A stretch of DNA of 60,268 bases, counting the filler, from Hausera hauseri (lineage: Eukaryota): NCBI GenBank assembly GCA_046269625.1. It is 10 parts of 10 records of this genome, joined end to end, with 100 filler letters (N's around TTAATTAATTAA, not from the genome) between each part and the next. Parts side by side here need not be neighbours in the genome. Positions count along the whole stretch, not along the records: positions 20,700 to 30,159 come from JBJURY010369926.1; positions 30,260 to 38,155 come from JBJURY010888734.1; positions 38,256 to 43,864 come from JBJURY010221519.1; 7 more parts are not named here. The stretch is one strand, 5' to 3'. A program made the position numbers and the translations under genes. Shown piece by piece: positions 26,177 to 38,924 of the stretch (its first letter is position 1; the number at the start of each line of letters is the position of its first letter). Under the pieces are notes generated by a model. The model saw only the letters and a list, made by a program, of their open reading frames with translations, searched no databases and was not told where the DNA came from.

Positions 26177-26960
26177 GTTTGTTCAATCCTCACTAATTAG
26201 ACCAAAAATGATTAATTTCGTAATTTTGCCAATTAATTGGAAAACAATTTTTAGTTATTGTATTTCAAGATTGGGATATCGTGAGCTCTTACCTAGGTGA
26301 TAGTAGGTAATGTGTTACAAGCCAGTAATTTATTTTGTTTCTTACTCACCTAGGGTTTAATATCTTATTTATTTATTTAAATTTAGTTGGGCGGTCGTCA
26401 GGTAGCTTTAACCTGGTCGACCAAAATTCCAAATTTAAACACGCTTAATTACTTATTTATTTTTACTGATTCAAATGAAATATAACTCCAAGAGTAAGGT
26501 GACCAATATAATTAAACCAATTATGAGAATTTATGATACAAATCAAATTACGAGAATACACACTTACGTGAAGTCATTAAAAATATCGTTGTCAGAAAAC
26601 TCAATGTATCAATGTTCAATTCTTTCAGTTCTTGTCACCAATTATATATCCTTTATAGTCAAATTTTATTACAAAATTCACCATGGTCACAAGATAAAAT
26701 AAGACAATCATTAACAGTAATGTCGATGTATGAAACATAAATCGTGAACGATATATACACAATGAGAATAATGTAATTTTACAAATACCAAAAACGACAA
26801 CAAAAGCGGTATAATTACTAATTCAGTTAAACGTCATTGTTTCATACATAATTAATTTGACGACAACAATGTTTCATACATAATTAATTCGCTATTGTTT
26901 TGCTATTGTTTCGCAGTTCACAGATTTGACCGAGTTTGGAAGAAAATTGACCCAAATTTA

Positions 26961-27723
26961 TTAATCTTTCGGGAGGGGCATGTGGATGAATTTGTCGGTC
27001 GTTCTGGATTTGTATCCGATAGATTCAGGTTTGAACACTTTATTATCCACAATAATGGTTTCATCCACCTGGAGATGTCTTTTTCTGCCACACTGAGATG
27101 TAGTTGGTGCTGTTCGCACCCCTTCGGAAGCCGCACTTTTAATTATTAATTCATCAGTCCATTTCACTTGTTTGTACAACGATTGGTAGTACTGCACTAG
27201 GGCAGTACTACGAAGAAGAAACCCTTTTGTATCGTAGAATTTTCTGGCTAACTCTTTGAAAGTGCCCGTCACTAGCTGATACTGGCGAACAATTTCCTCA
27301 TGATAAAGAATGTCGCGGATTCCGGCCAGCCGCCGGATTGGGCATTTGAAATGATTTACTACCATTTCAATGACGTCGGCTACGATTACAATCTTGTCCG
27401 TCAATAATTCAGCAACCTTGCAATAGAAGTCCGGTTAGGTACGTTATGTGCGTATCAAAGTTGTTGATACGCTGTTTTTGGGTGATTATGCCATATAGTA
27501 TCGTGTCCCCGTGCAAAGTCATAATTGATGCCTCGATGGGTTTGAGTTGATTCCATTGGTCATAAGCCAAGTTTACGGCCGCTATGACCATATCACTATT
27601 TGTTATTTTATCGATTCTTCGGAACGGAATACTTTTATATTTAACGTAGTCCGGTTCTGGACGATTGAAGCATTTTCCTTTGGGCAGGCTTGGGCGAAAT
27701 TTCTCTTGCTTTATTATTTCCAT
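26961..27723 (-). pseudogene. Pseudo-DEDDh exonuclease-like cargo domain (split by a frameshift near 27405)
   Basis: IAAVNLAYDQWNQLKPIEASI..ILYGIITQKQRINNFDTHITYLT and KIVIVAD..PIRRLAGIRDIL..TFKELARKF align to the same domain in the 711-aa ORF. Confidence 0.65.
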
Positions 27724-27833
27724 TGCAAAGATAATTCGGTTAGTGTTGGAGCGGATTGTGAATGTGTTTGCGTTAAGAAATGTATGGTCGAAAGAGAGAC
27801 CATGTTCTACGTCCAGGCTGATGAGATCTCCTT

Positions 27834-28247
27834 TTACGGATGTTTTTTATCGGAGGTTTTAACTTGCAGTTGGCCAGTAACACAATAGAGATTCATGGAG
27901 TGAAAACGTTCATGTAGAATCAGTATGTCGGAAAGATAGAAGGAAATAGCCTTTGAAATTTGCATAAGGGCAATCGAACGATTAGCCATACTGTAGCTCT
28001 TTAAGTTATTTGGGATCTGTTGTGTTTGTGGATAATTAAGACTGATTGTAGTATCGTTGTGGCTTCTATAATATTGATTGGAGGGATTTGCGTTTATCAC
28101 GTGATTCTTTGCATTGTTATACCAATGCTTTGATCGGTTAATCGTCTGGATTTGGTGGAACGTTGATGAAGATACTATAAAAAACAAAGTCAATATGATT
28201 CCATACACGGTATTTAGACTCAACACAACGGTTACCATACACATCAC
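27834..28247 (-). CDS. Hydrophobic-leader ORF of unknown function inside the cargo region
   Basis: N-terminal hydrophobic stretch MVTVVLSLNTVYGIILTLFFIVSSS; same strand as the flanking cargo. Confidence 0.35.
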   Translation of the reverse strand: MMCMVTVVLSLNTVYGIILTLFFIVSSSTFHQIQTINRSKHWYNNAKNHVINANPSNQYYRSHNDTTISLNYPQTQQIPNNLKSYSMANRSIALMQISKAISFYLSDILILHERFHSMNLYCVTGQLQVKTSDKKHP

Positions 28248-28360
28248 TACGGTAATCGTTATGGTTAACGTGGGGTGAACTTTTAGACTAAAGAAAACCA
28301 GTGTTATTTGCTTATCTCAGTACTTAGGGTTGCGTTGATCGCAATCCCAATATCTAATTG

Positions 28361-30070
28361 TCAGCTGGGATTGTCTGTATCTAACGGATTCGTTAGATCA
28401 CGCATGTTAATTATAACCCAGCTTTGTCTGCTCCGTTTACATAGCGAGAGCGAGACTTTAATTACTATTATCAATATTACTATCAGCACTATGGGAACTA
28501 ATGATCCGATTAGTATCATCTCTAAATGAGAATGTTTATATGCGGCTCGGGAGGGTTTGCTAGTTACTTTGTTACTACTTGTATTGTTCTTATAATTCGT
28601 TTCACTCTTACGACTCTTCTTTGTAATTGCCGATATTACCTTGGTGGAAGTTATTTTATCGCTATCGTCCAATAATTGTAGAACCACCGTATATCTTGTG
28701 TCAGGGTTTAAAGCTGGGCATGGTGCTATCAAATAATCCGGTGTTATAACTTCCTTTACTACTATTGTATCTTGTTTCTTACAAGTAAATCTAATTTTTA
28801 TAAAATCTAACTCCGGTCTAACGGATATGATTAAAGCAGTCGGAGCTGCTATAAGGGTTACGTTTTCTCATATAGAGCGCTTTTGACGATAATAAGACGT
28901 GTAAGGTCTGACCATAATAGTCATTTCGTTTTTATCGGTCCAGAATTGCACCGCTGGTGTCGTAATCTTTTTCTGTATGTCATCGTATTCCTTTTGATTG
29001 TTAAATCGTATAAACATTGTTGGTCCTATTCGCTCTATTGGGTACTCAAATTTACCGTTCCTTCTCCGAAATAAACGATAATAAACGTGATATATCTTTC
29101 CCGGTGTAACCATACAGCAAACTCGTCGTTGAATACCTTTTAGTCTGCAGACTAAAATTTCTGAATTTATTGTTCCTAATAGTTTTATTGTCATTCGTCG
29201 ATTTTCTTTTAGTTGTATCATCGTTATTATCTCTATGCAACTTCGTCCACTTTTAAATCCCATTGATCTAGCTATCATCTGGTTAAATATTTTTTCATCT
29301 AGTTGAGTTTTGTTCATCTGTTGCCTAGTAGGAATCACTATTAATCTATAAAATTTTGTTTTCCGGCTTTTGTAATAATCTCCTTGTCTCTTTATAAGTT
29401 TAAGATATATATAATGGACACCTGAACCTTGTACCCTGCACTGTGTTTGGTTGGTATCTGGGTGAAATAAGCAGTTATATTGTCGCTCGCTGGGGTCTGT
29501 TTGATTATCATTACACGGTATTATTTGTATCCCCATTATATATATTGGGGGCATTCGTTCTGGTATACTCCAGTTTATCACTTTTTGACCTTTTTCTGAG
29601 TATGTAAATCTGTACTGTAGGTTCTTCATTAATGGGTCTTCTGTTATGGCTATTGCGTGCCGTATTTTTGCTCTTTCAATCTCTTTATTCGTCATTTGTC
29701 TAATCACTTCAGGAAATAACAAGAAGACACTTAATAATAGGTACCGCATTAACCAATGAGATCTATGAGTTGGGTTTACCTTGGCTGCTTTTTCATTAAC
29801 ACTTAGTACTATTTCCTTTTCACCTTTTCTTAACTCGCTTTGTTTGGGAGCCGGCTTGCATCTATTGACGTGAACCTTCACAGATGTATTAGTTTTCATC
29901 AAGCAAACATTCGGTAAATCCACTTTCTCCACTTCATACGGCCCTTTGTAGTGCCTGTCCAACTTGGACGTTTTACCCTTTTTAATTGCAGGTGAGTATA
30001 GCATCACTTGGTCGCCTGCCTTAATTTTTGGTTGTCTGGTTTTCTTATCGTAATACTTTTTATATTTTTT
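28361..30070 (-). pseudogene. Gypsy integrase C-terminus fused in frame to signal peptide - FN3-like ectodomain - TM (one in-frame TGA at 28868-28870)
   Basis: KKYYDKKTRQPKIKAGDQVMLY..SKLDRHYKGPYEV..VHVNRCKP, then WLMRYLLLSVFLLFP, CCMVTPGKIYHVY, CPALNPDTRYTVVL, TM MILIGSLVPIVLIVILIIVI. Confidence 0.8.
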
Positions 30071-30159
30071 ATTAAATTATACATAAATGCCTTTTAGAGG
30101 ACAATAATGTTGCTGGATTCGAACGTTCTAATATTTCGATCTTACTAAGATCTTCATCA

Positions 30160-30259
30160 NNNNNNNNNNNNNNNNNNNNNNNNNNNNNNNNNNNNNNNNN
30201 NNNTTAATTAATTAANNNNNNNNNNNNNNNNNNNNNNNNNNNNNNNNNNNNNNNNNNNN
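30160..30259. other. Artificial contig linker 5
   Basis: Same 100-bp spacer. Confidence 0.99.
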
Positions 30260-31607
30260 TTCAAATTTTGATTATTGTTATGATTTTCAACAAAGTGACA
30301 GTGATATAAGAGTAGGTAGAAGTGAGGATGATGAAAATGTTCCGTCACATGCTGGGATCCTTCAAATGCTACATCAAATTTGTCTCCATCTTCTCAAGCA
30401 TTCTTCTTCTGCGGATCACTTTTGTCACTTAGACTATTTGCAATTTTGTGTTACTAACGCAGCATTTAGCAGCAAAACACAAACGACTTTTGATAAAATT
30501 TTAACAATCGACTGATTACCTTTCTCTACTGAATATTGTGTTGTATCTGTTGTCCTCTAAACTCTACAAAGGAAATGTGCTGATTGTCACTTCAGTTACT
30601 GTTAAGCTTGGATTGTGAATCGATTATAGCGATGGAAACAAGTCAGTACAGCTGCGTAAAGTGTGCAATTTTCAAAAAATCGATTATAATAAAATCAGTT
30701 TGTAATAAATTTTTTTCTGGCAAAAAGCATTTTATTATATCCAGAAGTTATTTTAATTGCCTTTTATGAATTTTATTATGCATGAAATTAAATGTGCTAC
30801 ACATGTGGGGTATGAATATTTCAGTTGAATGAAAAAAATGATATTTATAATTTCGAAATCTAATATCTATGAATAACCATGATTTCCATGTGGCACACAC
30901 AAACACACACGCAGTAGAGAGGTATGTGAAAGGAATACCAAAATCCATCGTAGCTTATTGTATGACTGAAATCAATACATGGCTTCATTCGCGCCTGATT
31001 AAATGTCGCATCTAATTTGTCTTCATTTGAAATCCAAGCCCGAGTATCACAAAAGTCAGTAAGATTACACAGTCAAGTAGGACTACGATTGCATAAGTCT
31101 TTGACCTAAAAACATTCCTTTTGTTGTGTCCAATAAACATTGTTTCTGTGAAATTACATAATGTTTCTACTCAATCATAAATAAACTGCCTTAATATTCG
31201 TTATATCAATTTATGTTACAAAACATGCAGAACAATCGGATTTACTCAAATGGAATTTTATTCACTGTATATAGCGTATACACTGTGTGTGAATTGAAAT
31301 TAGGCAGACATATTATTTTTAGATCATGAAATTCAATTGACCAATGAGAAAGTAGTATTGGCGTTGGTAAAACGTATGTCACATGGGCAGAAGATGCCAT
31401 CAAATTCAGATTTATTTTTATATGTTAGATAAATAATATGCTGGGCAAGTTTCTGAGCTAAATATAAAAATTTATTATCAACTGTCACTTTTAGTCCACT
31501 TCAATAAAATATGGCATTGAATATTTTCATATTATTATTCATTCATTCGTATTTCATGTTATTCATTCGATTTACGTAATAAATACCAATGACATTTTAA
31601 CTTTTAG

Positions 31608-34600
31608 CTCCAACACTTCCTCCATTAATATTGACTGGAATGCCAGCTAGTTCAGGGGATTGCTCATTTTCACTTACTATCATTTGTCAAATCAATACTG
31701 ACCCAAATGTAACGATCACAGCACCTTTAGTTCAAAGCCTTGTTCAAAACATGTTCAGTTCAATACAACAACGAATAATTACTCAAAATTTCAGAATTGG
31801 AAAAATGCAAATGACAAATTATCAAATCACGTAAATGACAATGAGATTATTTAATTATTTACCCATTTTTCAATAGTAATTATTCAACTTTGACTGTCAA
31901 CATCAATGCAGTTTTCATCGCAAACTCCATACAAGATCCATCTCAACTTACTCGTTTGGTTTCAACTTACTTTTCTGCACTTTTCAATAACACTGTCACG
32001 TTCACTAACAGTAAAAATAGATTTTGAGTTTCTATTATCATTTTGATTTAGTCAATGCAACGTCTTTGGGATGCGTAGCCGTAGGTAAGTATTATCTATT
32101 TATCATATTCGGTAGGCGATGAAAATATTTACGTGACAGACAAGTTTGATAAATAATCTTGTTATTTAGTCACTCAAGCACCGGTAATATGGCAGTTCAA
32201 CAGCGTCGTCTCCTTTACTTGTTCTTTCACATTCCAATGGTTCAGCTATTATTCCGTGTCAACATCTGCACAATATTTGGCCTTGCAAATAAACATTCAA
32301 CATAGTTATTCGTTTTATTTTGCCAAACGATCATATGGATTAACAAAATTCGAATTGAGATCAATTCGACAGTAATTTTACTATGCAAATGTATTTTTAT
32401 GAATGACAACAGAGGGACATTCGGTGGTGTCGACGTAGATATATCCATAGAATTCGGATCGACTTCATTCCTGTCATCAACGAGCATTCAATCCAGTCTA
32501 ACGTTAGTGACGAATGATGCATTCGGTACCAGTGTGACTGGATTATCCAACAGTAATTATCAATGGCTGATATAAAATATGAATTATTTGTTTAGTTGTG
32601 GCAATTAGCAGTCAAATTACATCACCGGGTATAAATTCTTTTTGTTAATAATAATACCAAATGTTACATAAATATATATTAATTTGTTGTACTCGAGTTT
32701 TGTGTAGAATTATCGGATTTTAATACAAAATTCGGTTTGACGTGTGTTTCATGCAATTGACTAAGAATAAAACTACAGTTTATGTTGATTTTACAAATAT
32801 TTTTTTGTGGTCAGTGGATGAGAATTTGTAAAAATTGAAATAACTGAATGTATATATTTGATAATGATGGTAAATAAAATTCAATTATGAAACAGAAAGA
32901 TGAATTATTCGGCACGTGATTTTGATAAGAAATTTCAATATAATATGAAATGAGATTGTTAATTGTTTTATTATTTACCGGTATTCAGTTTTTCATAACG
33001 TTTCCTCCAACTGATTGTTTGCTGTCGGTTCCATTTTCGAATGGTAGCCTAATGAGTTGTTCGATAATTGACTAATCTACACACGATTCGTATCAATACT
33101 CTACCAACTGACTGTTATATAACCGAATTACGTGACAAAATTTCAAATTCAAAATTTTATTATTACTACAAAGAGTACAATAATCAAGCAGCTTAGTTAT
33201 TATCAATTATTTGTCAAATTCACATCGATTAACTTAAATTTAATAGTAAATCATTAAGCAGACAATTGTATATTTCATACAATAAGCTTGAAGAGGCAAT
33301 TTTATAAAAATCTCGTCTCTTTACCTGCTCTTGCCAATTAACACCATGCACTGGTCTGGCATTTCCATCCTGTCCATCCATGATAGTATCTTGGTAGTAT
33401 TAATTGTCAAAGGTTGTAACAAATTGTTGAGCATTTGTCTCATGTTACACTGTAGCAGTGATGTGTAAATGCTGACGGTAATTTGGTTTCTTCTCGGAAA
33501 ATAAGATAATCGCAGAAACGCAATTTGATTTCCTCTGGTCAACTTAACTTCTTAGTTTTCTATACTATTAGGATCGGATTCTAATCGTCGAATCACGGAA
33601 ATTATACGTATATATATACGAATATATTTACCCAAATTTCTGGAGAGATTCACCTCCATTTACACAGTATAAAAAGTTACTAACTTCGTCTATAAGGTTA
33701 TAGTAGTTAGGCTTCTGTAAAGGTCTAACAGTAATAGTGTCAGTAAGAACATGCGTTTACCTTCTGACAATTTCCTCTCAATTGAGTTGTAATTTAAGTT
33801 GCAGGAATTATGCTTATTGATCTCAGTTGGTGGGAGATTATTTACTACTTATGAAGGTAATTTTCGGAATTCATTTCCCCAATTATGAAAATTGACCTTC
33901 GGGTTTTTCTACATCGATTCAAATCAAAATTTGAATTTTTGAAATTGGATCCGCTATCATTGAAATTGGCCTTCGGGAATTCTTACTGCTGGAGATTTTC
34001 ACAAACGCTTTGTACGACAATTATTGAAATTGTCCGGCGCTTGCAGAAAACCCGTTTGGGTACAACTAATGCACATGACACCTATTAATTAAGGAATTTG
34101 AAGTTCCATAGTTGTAAAGATTTGTAATTTGTATATTTATTTTACTTTTAATTAATCCTTCATATGTGCAAATTATGTCATTGTCGTAACCTTATTTCTT
34201 TTCATTTTGATTGTAAGATGGAATTCTGAGAAATAAAGAGACAATAACTGGCACTTGTTCATTATACCACATATTGGTAATTGTACATCGTGTGGTACAT
34301 TACACTCGTTACCGGGACTTGTTCATTATGTACTGCAATATTAACACTTGTGTATTTCGTATTTTATTAATTATTTAATTATTACTTTAGCCGCCTTGGT
34401 TAACAATGTGTGTACAAAACGCAGCAGTTATGGTGATACCTATGCAGGGGTTCAACATAATAAAAGCAAGAAGACATTTAAAAATGTACAAGAGTTTATT
34501 ATACACAAATATTTATACAGTCATAGTCAATTGTTTGAATTGCACAGATTTCGAATCACAAAACGTTACTGTTGTTTTCGTAATGTCTGTCAGTGTTTTC

Positions 34601-35478
34601 GAATTAGATAATAAATATTCTCTGATTCTATTCGATTCGGATTTTCTGGTTTGGTTCGATCTTGAATTAGAATTTCGGGTTTTTGAATTTGGTTTATCTA
34701 TTAACAAACCCTAACAACAATCTATTTAATGATGGAACGGAAAAACCATGAGAAAGTGTGTAAAGATAATTGTATTTGTTGTGAAATTATTGGTAAACAA
34801 TGATGTGAATTATGACAATTCATGGAAGAAGAGTTTGTGGATTTGTTATTGAGTTATAAAGGCAATTATCAACGATTGTGTTCATATTACAAATGCATAG
34901 AAAGGTTTAAATATATTGTTTGTCTAGTCGTTATTTAAAATTAAAATATTTGTAATAATTATATGAAAATGTACAAAGGAATTTGTAATGAATGTCATTT
35001 TCCATATAGTACAATTCATCGGACTACCAGCAGGTCAAAATGATTGCTCGTATTCACTCATTGTCATCAGTCAATTCGCCATAGATCCAAACATGACCAT
35101 AACGCAGTCAATAATTCAAAGTGAAGTGAACAATGTATCGAGCTTGTTAATGCAATCAGGTATGACTCAGCCATTCAGAATCGGAATGCTTCAACTCGTA
35201 AATTTTCAAATATCGTATGTAGTACGTAACAATTTAAACTGTTTGACCATGTCGAATTCAGGAACTCAACATTAACAGCGAATATCAGAGCTGTTGTAAT
35301 ATCAAACATCATTCATAATACATCACAATTAGTAACAGCAGTTCAAAATTACTTGGCAATTGTTTACAACAGTTCAGTTTACAATACATTGACCTACAAC
35401 ATAAGTAAACATGTTTTTTGTCTTTCCGTTTTATTTTTCATGTAGCCAATGCAAATCAAACTGGTTGTCTCACCACAG
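31608..35478 (+). CDS. Fragment of a spliced host gene with duplicated extracellular modules and a SEA-like domain (mucin-like)
   Basis: Exon-like blocks bounded by GT..AG with short AT-rich introns; paralogous modules GMPASSGDCSFSLTIICQINTDPNVTIT..FRIGKMQMTNYQI (about 31640) and GLPAGQNDCSYSLIVISQFAIDPNMTIT..FRIGMLQLVNFQI (about 35020); SEA-like FQWFSYYSVSTSAQYLALQ..GGVDVDISIEF. Confidence 0.55.
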
Positions 35479-36048
35479 GTATATTAATGTGGCTTATTTA
35501 TTATGTTATACATTCGAGATAAAATAATTGTCTAAACAAATGGTCTAGTTTAAATTTATAAATGATCTATATATTTTGAAATGTTGCAAAACATAAGAGT
35601 CATAAGTCTTCATAAATAAAATTAATTGACATAAAGATACGTACATTTAACTCATTTAAATTGCTTGAAAATATTTCATAGTTTACAGAATTCATTGGAC
35701 TGGGATTATTACAAAATATTTTATATATAAATAAGTAATTATTACCTTAATGTAATTATTTTACCAACTTTAGCTGCAGTATACACATACATATATATAA
35801 CGAAATGCATTTTCAAATTTTCGACAGATACTGCCTTTGCCATTAGCAAGTTTCCATCCGGAATAATATTTTTATTGTTATTTTGGATGAGATTCAATTA
35901 ACAACTGGAGCAATTGTATTTCTCAGAATTCACGAAGAGGTTTCCAGAAATGCGTTGAACTCAGCAAAATAACTTCTGTGGGTTTATCTCAAAATTTTGA
36001 TTGTATATGTTTAGTATTTGTTTGCAAGGGAAATTGAAATTGCTTAAT

Positions 36049-36442
36049 TGTCTTAGACTATCTGTGAGTGTAGCCTAAGGAGTTTTTATTTATAAAATAA
36101 GAGATGAACGCTTTGGTTAACAAATTTTATTAATCAATAAATAAATACTCACTATGATTTCACTGATGACAAAATACCACAATAAATGTTTCAATGTGCG
36201 TAATCAAACAATTGTATTCTTTAAAATGCGTTTCAAAATGTTCATTGAACTGTTCGTTTCCTCATTTTTACATCGAATATTTATACCAATTGGTAAGCCA
36301 AATTTAGTTACAAAACCGGGATAGAACTTTTCCTCATACAAAATCCGATAAGCTAAATTTAGCTCTACAACAGTCACTAATCACCAGTCAGTAATTACAG
36401 CCAATCATAACGGTCAGTAATCACAACATTCCCCTACCCTTA
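36049..36442 (-). mobile_element. PPT (36429-36442) and putative LTR (about 36049-36428)
   Basis: Minus strand AAGGGTAGGGGAA then TGTTGTG; TATAAA and AATAAA in order; far boundary uncertain; preceded by an unknown ORF remnant (36624-36899). Confidence 0.55.
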
Positions 36443-37012
36443 AAAATTGGGGGTTCCAAAATAAGAATAAAAATAAAAGATATGCACACATTGATTACAG
36501 AATAAAAGTGAAAGTGTACGAAGATAATGCAGAGAAGAGAGTAAGAATATATACAATCATGTTATTCGAATATCAAGTTAATTCAAAATCAATCGATTGC
36601 TATCGCATTGGAAGTTCTATGATTCAATGATCCAGATCAACATTTTCATAGGATATTCTGGTATTGATGAAGTCTTCTTTACCTGGTTTGTCTCCTATAT
36701 TTGATCGTTCTATAGGAATCAAAGTCGGCTGGGTGTTTTTCATCAATAACAAATATTTGAGATGACCATTGAAAAAGGTTTCGGTTAGTGATTGGATTGT
36801 CGCAGTCACAATCAATTTGGTTCTTAACTTGGTGTTGAACTTGACTCCGAAATTAACGGGTAATTTCAACACTGTCAAAACCGTTAGATGCGGTACCATA
36901 AAATACTGATTATCTGTATTTTGATAAATTGCTCCAATAGGTGTGTTCCTTTATGTGTTCCATTTGGCAAGTTTTTTTGCCGAAATGGTTTGTCCCATGT
37001 AGTATGGTGCGT

Positions 37013-38100
37013 TCAATGTTCTAAACAATAGTCATTCCTTAGTTGCTTTCGATGACGTGGACAAACAAGTAGATGATATACGCAATATAGGGAACGGCTC
37101 CACTTTTTGCAAACGTGACATCTTCGTGCTCGGTTGTGAACAACATTACCAACGGGAAAAATTACATCTTTCACTGGTACAACACATCCCATTTTGGCAG
37201 CAATTTTCTTTAGATCCTGAGATATTGTGCAACGTGGATGGGCCAATCTTTTTTCAATGTAGGACTTTGACAATTGAAAGGTCAACTGAAACAAAAACTG
37301 CTTTCTGTCACCAGAATAATCTCGCTTTCGCATTATTAAGAAAACATTGTAACACGAAACATCTAGAATATTGTAGTGAACAAGCATAGGACATCGCACA
37401 GTTTTTCTACGACATGTAAGGGTTTCTAAACAATCATCCAAACGATCAGCATCACTTTTGGTTCGGTTATCCCTCCTGTTTGTATTTAATGTCCGAAGCA
37501 ATGGTAAATGTTTCTTGAGAAGCTCTGTGACTAATGTATGCGATGTAAAATAACGATAGTTACAATTTCTTTCCCCAATCCATGATACGGTTCTGTCAAT
37601 TGCATTACAATATTAGTGCCTAAGTTTTTGTGCGGTTCCAAACGATTTCCTGCAGAGTGAATAAAAATTTGAAAGCATAACCGGATGAAGATTCACAAAT
37701 CCAAAAAATTTTCAGCCCAAATTGTCTTGGTTTGCGTGGAATGTAAGTTCTTCCTGCTATTCGTCCACTGTAGCCAAGTAACTGTTCATTTACGGTTAGA
37801 GAAAAATCAGGAACATAAAATCTTCTAAGGTTTCCATCGAACAAGGATATCACGTCCCTTACAGCTGAAAGTTTGTCATGTGTCTTTCTTTCTTCTCGGG
37901 TTCTTATGTTATCAAATCTCAAGGTTCTGAGGAAAAATTTAAAGCAGTTTTGTGACATGCATATTCTGTAAAAGGGACGTGCACTGAGAGAATCCCACAA
38001 CAAACTCAAATCATTGAAGTTATCTCTATCAAGTCCTACAGACAACATGATTGCAATACCAGTAATGTATTCATCATAAGAAAATTCACAATAAATATGC
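37013..38100 (-). pseudogene. piggyBac transposase, disrupted
   Basis: MSQNCFKFFLRTLRFD..DKLSAVR..LTVNEQL..YIPRKPRQFGLKIFWICESSSGY; YFTS; DRLDD..TCRRKTVRCPMLVHYNILDVSCYN; C-terminal Cys-rich RRCHVC..VCPRH. Confidence 0.9.
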
Positions 38101-38155
38101 TTATAGTAGTGTAAAAACGTCTGTTCTTTCCCCCCCGGGGGTCGCGAGAGGAATC

Positions 38156-38255
38156 NNNNNNNNNNNNNNNNNNNNNNNNNNNNNNNNNNNNNNNNNNNNT
38201 TAATTAATTAANNNNNNNNNNNNNNNNNNNNNNNNNNNNNNNNNNNNNNNNNNNN
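38156..38255. other. Artificial contig linker 6
   Basis: Same 100-bp spacer. Confidence 0.99.
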
Positions 38256-38275
38256 ACTTATCAGTCACGTATTTT

Positions 38276-38540
38276 TTAAAAATGTGAAGTTAATATAGTC
38301 TTTGCTCCAAAACTATAATCTATTGGTTTTCCTCCATAATCACGAATATTAACTTCTATTTTACTTATTCTTGTTAATGAAACAGGCAAATACATTGGAT
38401 TAGTCGGAGCAATATATACTGTATCCCCATATTTGAATTTTGAACCGTCTACCCAAACACATCTTAACAGAGGAACTCTATCTGATCCAACCATTGTTGG
38501 TTCAACTATACTCGAATAGATGTATTGTTTATCCGGCATT
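38276..38540 (-). pseudogene. Polinton/adintovirus minor capsid (penton) C-terminal fragment
   Basis: YIYSSIVEPTMVGSDRVPLLR..PMYLPV..ISKIEVNIRDYGGKPIDY..TSHF is the typical single jelly-roll penton C-terminus. Confidence 0.75.
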
Positions 38541-38924
38541 ATAAGGAGATAACATAGATCAAACGATAGTAAAAACAGCTTCTTGAAGACAATCATTTTG
38601 TATTTCTTGTATTATTTCTTAAATTCAAAAAAACATCAATAAATCCATTTTTGTATATACACATACACATCCATATATACACGTAGATACATAACAAGTT
38701 GTAGGTAATGCAACTAATGTCTTTAGAAATCAGTTTATCTATTGGTAATTATCGTTTCATTCCAATATTGTCATATATAAACAAATTGGAATAACAATAT
38801 TCATTGGAATTGTCATTCAATCATGTTGTCTCATTGAAAGTCCAAATAGTAAAATACTGAAAAACACTATAATACAAATATGTATAATTACTAGAGCTAC
38901 ATCAACTCGTAAAATTTTTTAAAT

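Noticed and set aside
36850-36900. piggyBac terminal inverted repeat with TTAA
   Set aside because: No clean TTAA-CCC terminus and no matching other end within the contig.
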